Position numbers and translations under genes: made by a program. The notes beneath the pieces are model-generated. The model worked only from the letters and a program-made list of their open reading frames with translations. It was not told the DNA's origin and did not search any database. From Neovahlkampfia damariscottae (taxonomy: Eukaryota): a stretch of 20,000 nt of DNA. This document shows, in pieces, positions 1-10,566 of the stretch. The stretch spans positions 47,053 to 67,052 of the forward strand of contig JABLTG010000111.1 of assembly GCA_016618085.1 (NCBI GenBank). Direction: 5' to 3'. Every line of letters begins with the position of its first letter. The first letter of the stretch is position 1.

Positions 1-3000
1 GCTCCTTCACTCTTCAAATATGCTTTATTGATTCAAACAATAATTGGAGCAACCATGGCAGCTATAGGTGTAATTTTAATAGCAACAGTTATAACTATAT
101 CAGTTATTAATTCAACTTATGGACCACCAATTCTTCAAAATGATTTTGCAACAACATATAAAACCAATTTTGTTGATATTCCTGTTTTAAAAAATGATTA
201 TGATTTAAAAGACCAAAAAATTGAAATCGTAGACGTCATTCAACCAATTTTTGGAAAAGTTTTGATTTATGATTCCAAAACAGTTCGATATTTTCCAGAG
301 AATATTGGAAAATTTGGTAAACATTTTTCTGGATTGGTAGAATTCAAATACATCGCTAAAAATGAAAAATATACATCAAATGGTGTTGTTAAAGTGGATG
401 TTTTGAATCATCCTCCAATTGCTGTAGATTTCAGAAGGAAAATTCCGAAAAATGCAAAAAATTGGGAATTCGATTTATTTAAAATGAAAAATGATGAAAA
501 ATCTCAAATAATTGATTTTGATGGAGATTCTTTAACTATCACAGATGTTTTGAATGGCCAATCAATTTCAGGAACCATCAAAATTTCCAGTGATAAAACG
601 AAAATTCTGTATTCAACATTACCTGAATCAGTTGATACAGAAATACTTCACTATCAAATTTCGGATGGAAATGATACTTCAAATGGCACTATAACCATCC
701 AAATTGAAAATTATCCACCAGAAGCAAAACCTGATTATTTTGAAGGATATCAAAATCAAATTCTCAAGAATATTGATATATTGAAGAATGATGTTGACCA
801 AAATAAGGACTTTCTAAAAATCAATTCAATCAGAAATATTGGACTTGGAAAAGCAGTTATTACCAAAAATGGAACTTTCGTTGATTATTTTCCAACATTT
901 GGATCATATACAACAACTTTTGAATATTCAATTTCGGACGGTGAATATTCTTCTTCATCATATGTGGTCATTTCAATGAAAAATCAAAAACCAAGAATTT
1001 CAAATTTAGAATTGAATATTTCAAAGAACAGTGTTGTTCATATTCCTTTGAAATACTCAGATTTAGATCCATATTCTTCATTGAATGTGAAATTAATCTC
1101 AAAACCAAAAGGAACGGTCGATTTGATCACAAACACATCTGTTGTAGTTTCTCAATTTTTAGATGGTGTCGATGCATTGGTGGAATGGAAAAACAACAGT
1201 TGGTCAATCAATTATCAACCTGTGATAAATCATATTTATCAAGATATTATAGATGTTGAAATCGATGATTCAATTGATCATTCCAATGGAACAATAACTA
1301 TAAATGTGATAAATAATGCACCCATCGCAGTAAATGATCATTTCGTTATTCCTTACAATTCAACTTCTTTTTTGGATTTGTTGAAGAATGATTATGATCC
1401 TAATAATGATCACATCAAAATCAAAACAATTCAATTTCCAACATCAAAAGGAGGATTAATTGAAATAGTGAATGATACAACAGTTCAATATAAACCAAAG
1501 TTTTATGGTCATGATTCATTCAATTATACAATCACTGACATTATAGACAATCCAGAAAATGAGATGATTTCTCACAGAGTCACTGTGGAAATTTTCATCA
1601 TTAATGTACCACCAATTGCAAATAATGACATTTTTGCCATTACAGGTGAAGAAACAAGTTTAAATGTTTTGAAAAATGATATTGATATCAACAATGATTC
1701 CCTAACCATTGCATCAGTTGATCAATATTCAAAAAATGGTATATTATTGAAGGTTGAAAATAACAAGGTTACTTATCCTCGAACTGATTTTCTAGAAAAA
1801 AATCAAGACTCTTTTTCGTATTTCATCAGTGATGGAGAATTTGATTCAAATGTTGCAATGGTTTCTTTGATATTTGCCAATTCATCCAATTCAAAACATC
1901 ATCCAATATGCAAATCATTTTCAAAAACTATTTTCAAATCAACTTTGTATTCATGGGATTTGATGGAAAAAGGTGTCATAGGTGGTACAAATAAAGAGAA
2001 TCTTCGGATTCATATAGTTAGTTTGAATGATTCAAAAGGAGATGTTACTGTTCAAAACTCAACATTAATCTTCAAATCATATTCAAATCGATCTGGTGCA
2101 TTCAATTTCAAATTTTATGTGAATGATGGAAGTTTGAATTCATCGATTTGTAATATTTCATTGAATATTGAAAATAAAAAACCGGTTGCAATTGATGATC
2201 ATAAAATATTTTTCAAACAAGAAAATAAGATATATTTGATAAATGCATTGGAAAATGATGTTGATCTTGATGGTGATTTATTGAAAATTACATCTGTTTC
2301 AAATTCAAAATCAATAATTTTGTTGAATAATTCACTCAGTTTTCAACCGAATTTGGATTTCAATTCATCATTGACTGATTTTAACATATCTTATTCAATT
2401 TCAGATCAAGATTTAGATAATCCAAAAACAGATCAAGGAATGATATTCTTGACTTTTTTGAAATCATTACCAATTGTTAAAGATGATTTATTTTATGTTG
2501 ATCAAAATACAAATGCACTGATTAAAATTGAAGATTTGTTGAAAAATGATTATTCAAATGATGAATCAGAAATTATTCAATTTAACAAATTGGTTGATTG
2601 TAACGAATTAAATAACTCAGATTTTTGTTTAAAAAAACCTTTGTTGAATTTACCTTCTGATGGTTTTATTACAGTACCTTATACAATGAATTCGTGTAAA
2701 CAAAACAAATTCAAATACTGTGTGAATACCAATACGAACAAGAAGGCAATAAGTTGTGGAACAGTAACCATTAGATACAAGAATTGTATTTGTCAACAAC
2801 CAATAGATATTGTTTATACTGTAGATAGTTCAGGTTCGATTTCCAATAATCAATGGAATCTTCAAATGGATTTTATTCTTAACGTCACCAAGAAATTGAT
2901 CATTAATGATTCACAAATGAACGTTGGTTTGATTCAATTTGGTGAAAATGTTAAGAATATTTCCTTGCTAACTTCAGATAAAAGATCAATTCAAAATTCT

Positions 3001-3480
3001 ATTGAGAGTATCAGAAATCATCATATGTCATCTTGGACAAATACATTAGGTGCTTTAAATGAAGCTGTAAAAATATTGAACTTTGGAAACCCATTGTCAT
3101 TGGTTGATCGTTCATCTGTCTCCAAGATCATTTTATTGTTAACAGATGGATTGGCAAATGTTCCTTGTAATTGTAATTCATGTTCTTGTGAATCAGTTTT
3201 TTGTGTTGAAAAATCGTCAACTTGCAAATGGAATCCTGATATTGGTGGTTTTTGTCAACCTTGTGCTGATCCATCAATCCGATCAGGTGAAATTAATTCT
3301 TGGAAAAATCCCGATTGGAAAATCATTGCTCTTGGAATTGGTGAAGAATTGAGTTATTATGAAGGTAAAGGATTGAAGATGGTTAAGAAATTGAATTATG
3401 ATGATGAATTGATTAGTACTCCATGGGATAAATTAGATCATGTAATCACACGCATAGTTGATCAATCTTGTAATATTTAA
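1..3480 (+). CDS. Large surface/adhesin-like protein, 5'-truncated by the window edge: N-terminal hydrophobic anchor, ~9 bacterial-type Ig/cadherin-like (Big_9/tandem-95-like) repeats and a C-terminal von Willebrand factor A domain; no introns in the visible part
   Basis: The frame is open from base 1 (APSLFKYALLIQT...), so TTG28 is not the start. ~95-aa repeats carry N-x-P-P-x-A-x-x-D...LKND-x-D-x-x-x-D-x-L-x-I...F-x-Y-x-ISDG. The VWA domain (~2800-3465) has MIDAS DSSGS (2824-2838), VGLIQF, WTNT, IILLLTDG and IIALGIG. Confidence 0.85.
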   Translation, partial: APSLFKYALLIQTIIGATMAAIGVILIATVITISVINSTYGPPILQNDFATTYKTNFVDIPVLKNDYDLKDQKIEIVDVIQPIFGKVLIYDSKTVRYFPENIGKFGKHFSGLVEFKYIAKNEKYTSNGVVKVDVLNHPPIAVDFRRKIPKNAKNWEFDLFKMKNDEKSQIIDFDGDSLTITDVLNGQSISGTIKISSDKTKILYSTLPESVDTEILHYQISDGNDTSNGTITIQIENYPPEAKPDYFEGYQNQILKNIDILKNDVDQNKDFLKINSIRNIGLGKAVITKNGTFVDYFPTFGSYTTTFEYSISDGEYSSSSYVVISMKNQKPRISNLELNISKNSVVHIPLKYSDLDPYSSLNVKLISKPKGTVDLITNTSVVVSQFLDGVDALVEWKNNSWSINYQPVINHIYQDIIDVEIDDSIDHSNGTITINVINNAPIAVNDHFVIPYNSTSFLDLLKNDYDPNNDHIKIKTIQFPTSKGGLIEIVNDTTVQYKPKFYGHDSFNYTITDIIDNPENEMISHRVTVEIFIINVPPIANNDIFAITGEETSLNVLKNDIDINNDSLTIASVDQYSKNGILLKVENNKVTYPRTDFLEKNQDSFSYFISDGEFDSNVAMVSLIFANSSNSKHHPICKSFSKTIFKSTLYSWDLMEKGVIGGTNKENLRIHIVSLNDSKGDVTVQNSTLIFKSYSNRSGAFNFKFYVNDGSLNSSICNISLNIENKKPVAIDDHKIFFKQENKIYLINALENDVDLDGDLLKITSVSNSKSIILLNNSLSFQPNLDFNSSLTDFNISYSISDQDLDNPKTDQGMIFLTFLKSLPIVKDDLFYVDQNTNALIKIEDLLKNDYSNDESEIIQFNKLVDCNELNNSDFCLKKPLLNLPSDGFITVPYTMNSCKQNKFKYCVNTNTNKKAISCGTVTIRYKNCICQQPIDIVYTVDSSGSISNNQWNLQMDFILNVTKKLIINDSQMNVGLIQFGENVKNISLLTSDKRSIQNSIESIRNHHMSSWTNTLGALNEAVKILNFGNPLSLVDRSSVSKIILLLTDGLANVPCNCNSCSCESVFCVEKSSTCKWNPDIGGFCQPCADPSIRSGEINSWKNPDWKIIALGIGEELSYYEGKGLKMVKKLNYDDELISTPWDKLDHVITRIVDQSCNI

Positions 3481-3643
3481 ATAAAATTTCATCCAACCAT
3501 TTATTTTTGGTTACTCAAATCGGTTGGCAAAAATCTAAGATTCAATGGAAATACAAATATATCATTTGACTAAGCTGTTTTTTATTTTATCAAATGATGT
3601 TTCATTCTTGATGATTGAAATAAACCAATCAACATCCTTAAAA

Positions 3644-4207
3644 ATGACATCTGAAGTTAAAATTGACACACCATTGAAAAAGGCTTACAACAAAAAAGTC
3701 AAAGAATCCACCAATTTGATCCTTGTCTGTGAAGAAGATTGTGAAAAAAAATACAAAATTTGTGGGTTAATTGAAAACATAATGAAAAATATAATTGCAC
3801 ATCCAAAAGAAGATAAATTCAAAACATTAAAAAAAACAGCAAAGAAAATTGATGAACTTATTGTACAACCAACAGGTGTTGCTGAATTACTTGAAGTGAT
3901 AGGATTCACAGAAAAAGATGATTGTTTTGTGCTTACTCAAGAAGTTTCTGAAGAAACACTATCCAAGACTATTGAATTAATCGAAGTTGAAGTTTGAAAA
4001 AAAAAACAATTAATTTTTTAGTTGACAAAAGAATTTGGAATTAACATTCCAAAAGATGCAACTAAATCTCAATTAGAAAAAGCAAGAGCTAAACAGTTGA
4101 TTGTTAAAGAAAAAAAAAAAGCAGAAAAAGAATTTGATGAAAAAGCAAAAAAGAAAGCATTGGAAAGAATTGAAGAAAACAAAGAAAAAAGAAGAGAAAA
4201 AAAATAA
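3644..4207 (+). CDS. PUB/PUG-domain protein (putative p97/Cdc48 cofactor) with a Lys/Glu-rich coiled-coil tail; join(3644..3991,4022..4207)
   Basis: PUB-like motif IMKNIIAHPKEDKFKTLKK...GVAELLEVIGF. A 30-nt GT-AG intron (3992-4021) joins the two ORF-track pieces in frame. ATG3644 is preferred over ATG3545 because CCAAT lies at 3625-3629 and the upstream translation looks non-coding. Confidence 0.75.
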
Positions 4208-4292
4208 ATTGTTTCTATCAAAAAAATTACATGTTTTTTCTTGGTTGGGAAATTGAAATATTTGAAAACACAACAAACTGCAAAACTAACAT

Positions 4293-7200
4293 TTATTTCA
4301 TCAATTCTGAAAGAATAGATTTTTCTTGATTTCCTAATTTATTGATAATGCTTTTCAATATATCAGGATATTGAATTGAAATTTCTAAGATGAAAAAAAT
4401 CAACAAACAAAAAGGGACTTACTTTTAACACTTTCAGAAAAGAATCCAATTTCATTGATATTATCTAATGGTGAAGTGAATGTTTCATGTTCTTCTTCTA
4501 AATTCATGTCTGATTCTTCTAATTCTTTTTCTTCTTCAAATTCTCTAATTCTTTGCATTTCAGATAAGATTGAATCCATATCTTCTTCACCTTCACTATC
4601 ATCTTCTTCATCTGAATAATATTCACCTAAATCTTTTTTCCTCTGTTTTTCTTGTTCAAATTGTTTCAATTCTAATTCATATTGAGCTTTTTGTTTTTCT
4701 GCTTCTTTTCTTCTCATATCAATATTCATGATCAAATTTAAGACACCTGAGAAAATTTGATGAAGATTGTTTTGAAGAGATGCTGGTAATTTCATTAAGT
4801 CTAATGATAAAATTTGCGTTAAACCAATGATTGCGCATTTTAAATCTAATACTCTTTTAAAGAGTGATAAATTTTTGAACCAAATTCCAAAGACATTTAA
4901 TGTGCATTTTTGTGATTCCATGTAGTTTATTGTTAATCCTGCATTGTTTGTTAGAGCATCTGAAAGATTATCCAATAATAAAATTTTCATCCCTTTTGAT
5001 TTTTCTTGTGATAAACGAGAAATGATTGTTTCCAAAAAATGAGGTAAACAATAATCAATTCTTCCAATATTATTCAATAAAATGACGGAAATTAATTTTG
5101 AAGCACATTCAACTTCAGTTTTGGATGCATATTGTTTTTGGAAAATACCTTTGCACATACTGAGTACTTTTTCAATTCTCTGACTTGTAAAGTTTTTACT
5201 GTCTTTCGAAATCATATTATCAAAGGAAGGTAAGAAATCTATCAAAAATTGTTTGATTTAGAAAATGTTGATTTTTTGACTTACATTCTGCATTATCATA
5301 GGCCCATTTATCAAATGAAACAAGACATACATCAAAAATGAGCCACATATCTGATGAAATAGTTGGTTGATAAAATGTCAAATAAGTGAAAATTTTTGTT
5401 CCTTCTTCCAAGAAATCAAGATTTTCAGATTCTAATACTGTTTGAATCAAATATTTCAAAGTTTCTTCGAGTTGTTTTAAAATATCAAATTTAGATGAAA
5501 CAGCATCTAAAATTGTTTGAATAGATAACAAACATGTGTAAGCAATTGCTGAATTGGCCATTTCTTCATCATCATCCATCTCTGGAAATTCTTTCACAAT
5601 TCCAATGAATTTTTCAGACTTAAAAAGTTAATGAATGAATGATTTACTAATGAACGACATAAGTCCAATGCATAAGGTTCTATTTTTTCACCATATGTTT
5701 CAATGATCAAATCTAAACTCTTGACAATGTAATCATTTTCAATTTCATTCATTAAACCAAGGTACGCCTTTAAAATGTTTCCTAAAAGTGGTTCTAAATC
5801 ATCATAACATAATTTTGATTTAATCATTTCAGAAAGAGTAACAGATGCTTCAATCTTCACAGGAAGATCTTTGTCTTGAATACATTGAATAACTCCTTCT
5901 AAACCTGCTGTAAAAGTCTTCTTATCTTGCCATTGAATATTAACAAATTTTGAAAGAACCCAACATGCTCTTGATCTTAAATATGGATGAATCTTATTGA
6001 ATAGTTCAGGAATGATGTGAGTGATCAAAAGAGTTTCTAAACTATTTTTTAGTAATTTACGAACTGAAGCTTTCATTAAACCGATACAGTACAAAACACC
6101 TTCTTTAACATAAAAATTCTGTTCTTTTTGATGACTGTTGAAGTTTAATTTTTCTCAACAAAAATCTTACTTGACCATTTTTTGGTTCAAAAATTTTAAA
6201 ATGACTGGAGCTGTTTTTGGTCTTAATTTTGATAAAGTGAGAAGAACATTCGCAGCAGCAACTTTCGCACTATAAAAATCGAATGATATATCAAATGCAA
6301 CTTTAATATATTCATGAGGGTCATTAATCCATAATTCAGCATCATCTTGATTGAAACATAAAAGTGGAAAAATGACTTCTGGAAAAAAAGTTTCAATTTG
6401 TGGTTCTATAGCTTTATAACCAACTGGACTTTGAATTGAATTGTCAATGTAATAAATAGACATTGTTAACACTCTAATTGGAACATAACTACCTTTAATT
6501 GAACTTTGAACAATGGCAATCATGAATTTCAAGAAAGTCATTGAATATTCAGTATTGAAATATTCTGCAATATCTTGATCAATTTTTTCTTCATATCTTT
6601 CTGGGTAAATGTATCTGTGGCGAAGTGTTAAAATTTTGTTCTTTATTTCACTTACAAAATGTAAATTCTGTATAGAATATGAGTCAACCATTTGAAATTC
6701 TTCCAATATGGTGATTCATATGGTGAGTCTTGAGGTATTTCTAATTGAAAACTTTTGATTAAAATTGTCATCCATTCGTCAAAATTTTCTTTCTTTTTTA
6801 AAAAAACTGGAACATCAACAGCTAAAAGAGTATTCCAAAATATCTTTAAAATTATATGTCTCATTGATGAAAAATTTTCCGAATTCTGTGATAAAAGGTA
6901 CTTGAATAAATTTGATAAAATTGGAAAACAGTTTGGAACTAATTGATTGATAACTTTTTGAGATCTTTCTTTTTCTGTTTCAGAAAATGTTTTTGTGATA
7001 ATTTTCAATGCAACTAAAGCTCCATAAATTTTTACCATATCATTTGAGTTCAAATAATCAACAACAGATGGAAATAATTTTGACCAGTTGTGCGGAAAGT
7101 CTCTATTGACGAATTTAGAAAGTACAACAGATAATTGAACTCTATGTAAAAAATAAAAAAAAAAGAAAAATAAATACCTGAGAATTGCTGGTGCCCGTGT

Positions 7201-7509
7201 AATTGCTTCTAAGAGATTTTGTTTCAAAATTTCACAATCTTCTTGTGGCAAATCATCCTTGTTAATTCTCAAAGAAATCATATTTTTCAAGTAAATAGCT
7301 CCAGCAAGTTTGATGTTCAATGAAGTTTCGGAGTCCACTAAAATTTTAAATAATTCAGTTGTGAATCCGTTTATTTTTGACAACTATGAAAAAAAGCATA
7401 AAAATTTGATTTAATTTTTTACTTTTAATAGTTCTAACTCTGCACTGTCTTGTTCATTTTTGTTACTTGATAAACTTGTGAAAAGAACCTTTTTTAAATT
7501 TTCGCTCAT
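4293..7509 (-). CDS. IPO7: Importin-7/8 family karyopherin-beta (Nmd5/Sxm1/SAD2-like), 983 aa; complement(join(4293..4384,4423..5238,5285..5618,5648..6134,6171..6614,6656..7141,7178..7383,7423..7509))
   Basis: Seven GT-AG introns (39, 36, 41, 36, 29, 46, 38 nt) give a continuous 2952-nt frame. Motifs: IBN_N (AELELLK...IKLAGAIYLKN), DFPHNW, FPLLCFNQDDAELWINDPHEYIK, KEGVLYCIG, HPYLRSRACW, LPVKIEAS, an acidic loop and FTSPLDNINE near the C-terminus. Confidence 0.92.
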
Positions 7510-7802
7510 GCTATTGGTCGAAAATCTTCCAATTCAAAATGCATCTTTAAAAACTTGAAAAATGTAAGATGAAATAAAAAAAAAAAAAAAACACAAAAAA
7601 AAAAATTTTCCAATAGCAAAACGAAGAATGAGGCTACTTTTTCTTTGGGCAGTTGATTTTGCCTGTTTCGTATCTTTGTTTTTTTCTGGACACCAAACAA
7701 TTTCCTCACATTCTAAAAAGCAACAAAAAAATTCAAATTTTCACAGTTGTTTTTTATCCAATCTCTTTTATTCATTCTGAATTTGAGTTGCCCAATCAAA
7801 AA
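7510..7802. promoter_or_regulatory. Divergent promoter region between importin and ceramidase with multiple CCAAT motifs
   Basis: ATTGG at 7513-7517 (3 nt from the importin ATG); CCAAT at 7529, 7609, 7758 and 7792 (the last 6 nt from the ceramidase ATG); poly(dA) tracts at 7576-7604. Confidence 0.5.
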
Positions 7803-8703
7803 ATGCCAACACTACAATTCAACGTCAATGACACAACGAGTACTCAATTGAGAAAATACTAACTAACTTCTTTAGGAACAGGATACTGGAGTCCGTCAAC
7901 ATCTTCAGTTGACTGGTGCGAGTTGAACTATGTTCATACACAATACATTGCAGAAACTGTAAACACTTTATCCGCTTTTGTTTATATTTACGGAGCTTAT
8001 TTATTTAACAAACAACTACGATATGTAAAAGTTGCACCAACACGATTTTATCTTGTCAATATAATATTTCTAGCTGTTGCACTTGTAAAAAAAAAAAAAA
8101 AAAAACCTTAACTCTTCCACAGGGCACTATTTTATTCCATTCAACTTTGAAAAGATCTGCACAACTTTTTGATGAATTTCCGATGATTTATGGTATGGCG
8201 ATTGTTTTTTATTGCGCGCTTTGTAATAAACAAAATACACCAACTGCCAAAAAAATAATGGCAGGAACAACTAGTTTTTTATTTTCATTTTCAGTTACGA
8301 TTACAATGATATTTAAACCAAATAATCCAACGTTTTTCTTTGTCAGTTTTTCAATAATTATGACAATTGTATTTTTTATGGTCATCAAAAGAGCAAGTCA
8401 ATTTCCTGGTGGGTTAGGTTTATGGTTTTCTGGTGCAGGTTTTGTTCTTGGTTCTTTAGCTCTTTGGGTAAACTTTTTTATGTTATATTAATTCATTTTT
8501 CAAAGATGATTGAAAATTTTCATTGTCAACGAGTTATAAATTTCTATTTTCATTCTTTATGGCATTTAGGTTCATGTGTCGGAATCTATCGATTTGGAGT
8601 CTTGGTTTTATTGATTTATTTGAAATTCAACAATTATAAATTTCATTTCAACGACAAAGGTATTCATTTTCTCTTTCCAAGATTAATTAAAATACGTAAA
8701 TAA
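7803..8703 (+). CDS. ACER3: Alkaline ceramidase (ACER3/Ypc1-like, CREST superfamily), 262 aa; join(7803..7839,7876..8084,8123..8467,8506..8703)
   Basis: Spliced product has GYWSPSTSSVDWCELNY, IAETVNTLS, GTILFHSTLKRSAQLFDEFPM and HSLWH (Zn-binding His residues). Introns of 36, 38 and 38 nt; the first contains TACTAAC. Confidence 0.92.
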
Positions 8704-8771
8704 AAACAATAAAATTTTACCCAATGAAAATTGAATGATTTTTGATCTTGAAAGTTCAAACGGTATTCGAA

Positions 8772-9152
8772 ATGAACAAACGAGAAATTAGGAAAAAATT
8801 CTCAGAAATGAATATTTCAGAAGGATTTAAACCACCAAAGCAAGCTCCAACCCAAAAGCAAAATACTCCAACACTTGAAAACAAAGAAACATATGATTTT
8901 TGGAGGGACGAAGAGACTCCCATGGTAGTTCCACATCGTTGTCCTCCAGTTGAAGTTCATCCAAAAAAGTCTAAAAATGCTCCAAAAGATAATGCTACCG
9001 GTATTTCAATAATATACCCTGATCATAAAGATGTTGAAACAGTTGATGTTTCTGAGATGTTTGAACCACCTCCTCTGCCACCTATTGAATCAATAAGCGA
9101 TGAAATGCTCGAATATTACATCAAAAAAAATAAATCTAAATTTCTTCATTAA
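8772..9152 (+). CDS. Hypothetical Pro-rich protein, 126 aa
   Basis: Intronless ORF with coding-like composition, first ATG at 8772 and CCAAT at 8721-8725. No family recognised. Confidence 0.6.
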   Translation: MNKREIRKKFSEMNISEGFKPPKQAPTQKQNTPTLENKETYDFWRDEETPMVVPHRCPPVEVHPKKSKNAPKDNATGISIIYPDHKDVETVDVSEMFEPPPLPPIESISDEMLEYYIKKNKSKFLH

Positions 9153-10141
9153 TCTAAATTGGTTTTTATTATTCGTCGTAAATTGGAATAAATTTCATAA
9201 TGAGATTGTTTGTATTGAACGAATTTAAAACTTGGATTACTTTTTGCAACAAAAATTTGATGCGAAGGACTTGTTGTTTCATCCAATGAATTGCTTGTAA
9301 TGAATCCTTCTGTATTAGTTTTCAATTCACAATTCCATGGATTTGATATCCATCTAAGATACAATGCCAATATTTTCCAACTTCTTTCAATGGATCTTTT
9401 CATTTCTGATAAAATGAAACCCTTTTCTTTCATTTTCATTAATACTTCAAAATCATGAGGAGTACTTGCTTTCATCATGTCTAATGTACCATTTCTGATA
9501 CTTTTTCCCATAAAATATCCAATAATATGAGAAATTCCACGAGCAGTCATCACTTGTTGAGCTGCACTCTCTTCTGAACTTGCTTCAATGCCTTCAAAAA
9601 AATCTATAATTTTATTGTCATGTATTAGTGGCCTAAGTGGAGATATCAGTCCTATTTTTTCTATTTTATCCATCAAAATGTTGGAATTCATCAAAGACAT
9701 GCTATAAACAGATCCAAATCTGATACTTAATAATGAGAACCTCTTTAATTTCAAATCCTCCAATAATTGGTGTATATCGTTATCGTAGTACTGTAAAGTA
9801 CCATTATTTAGATCTGAATAACCCCATCCAGGCAGTGAAGGACATACAACTAGATACTGGTTTCGGTTCCAAAATTCTTCATAATTTTCACAAAATTTAC
9901 CAGTGAAATAAATATCATGGAGCAAAATTATTGTTTTTTTAGGTTTTGTTAATAAAGAATTTTTGTAGTATTCCATTATTCTACCATCTTTTAATTTGAG
10001 AAAATTCATATTTTGTTTTGTTATGACTGTGAAATCATCAATTTTTGGAGATTCATCAAAAAAATCTAAAAAGGTTGATATTACAAGAACAATTATTGGT
10101 AATGCCAGCAGACAATTGAAAAGTAGACGTCCACATCCCAT
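9149..10141 (-). CDS. Alpha/beta-hydrolase-fold protein with an N-terminal signal anchor and a degenerate nucleophile elbow, 330 aa
   Basis: LKLKDGRIMEY, TIILLHD, VVCPSLPGWGYSD, DIHQLLEDLKLKRFSLLSIRFGS, IEKIGLISP, SLDETT and QSHY map onto the abhydrolase_1 fold. First in-frame ATG at 10141 is followed by a hydrophobic stretch. Confidence 0.85.
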   Translation of the reverse strand: MGCGRLLFNCLLALPIIVLVISTFLDFFDESPKIDDFTVITKQNMNFLKLKDGRIMEYYKNSLLTKPKKTIILLHDIYFTGKFCENYEEFWNRNQYLVVCPSLPGWGYSDLNNGTLQYYDNDIHQLLEDLKLKRFSLLSIRFGSVYSMSLMNSNILMDKIEKIGLISPLRPLIHDNKIIDFFEGIEASSEESAAQQVMTARGISHIIGYFMGKSIRNGTLDMMKASTPHDFEVLMKMKEKGFILSEMKRSIERSWKILALYLRWISNPWNCELKTNTEGFITSNSLDETTSPSHQIFVAKSNPSFKFVQYKQSHYEIYSNLRRIIKTNLD

Positions 10142-10304
10142 AGTCCACAAAACAAATCAGAAAATTCGTTATCCAATGAAACATCATTATTTTAAAAGTG
10201 AACTATTTTTCTTTCATTGTTTTTAAAATCGAAAAATACTAGAATTTTTTTTTTTTCAAAATAAAACGTGGACCAATCATTTTTTTTCGCCAATCAGAAC
10301 AAAA

Positions 10305-10566
10305 ATGAGATCAAAGTAAGAAGAATAAACGTTATTAAATCTCTAAAAGACAAATGAAAGAAAAAAAAGTTGCTGTCGGAGGAGAATCCGGTGGTTTAAT
10401 GAAAACTTATTTTGGTAAAGACGATGCTCCTGGAATTCAAGTGTAAAAAAAAAAAAAAAAAATTTAACAATTTTAAATCAGTGGACCTATGACAGTTCTT
10501 GTAGGAAGTTTAATTTTCATCTTTGTAGTTATCATTTTACACTTTTATGGAAGATTTTTCAGATAA
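10305..10566 (+). CDS. SEC61B: Protein translocon subunit Sec61-beta, 62 aa (not in ORF track); join(10305..10315,10350..10442,10482..10566)
   Basis: Spliced product MRSKQMKEKKVAVGGESGGLMKTYFGKDDAPGIQVGPMTVLVGSLIFIFVVIILHFYGRFFR contains the Sec61beta signature DDAPG-x-x-VGP-x-x-VL...LH-x-x-G. Introns of 34 and 39 nt. Confidence 0.92.

Noticed and set aside
28..30. TTG/GTG start codons in the ORF track (28, 4022, 7383, 8742, 10150 and others)
   Set aside because: This is a eukaryotic locus. These positions are internal exon sequence or lie just upstream of an ATG, and gene 1 is open to the window edge.
3021..4276. Short alternative-frame or antisense ORFs 3021-3227, 3146-3352, 3685-3909 and 4073-4276
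   Set aside because: They are shadows of real genes with no motifs; the Phe-rich ones are the reverse complement of Lys/Glu codons.
6755..10226. ORFs 6755-6946, 7506-7709, 7653-7862 (5' part) and 9996-10226
   Set aside because: Antisense shadows or read-through of promoter homopolymer tracts. Only the end of 7653-7862 is real, as ceramidase exon 1.
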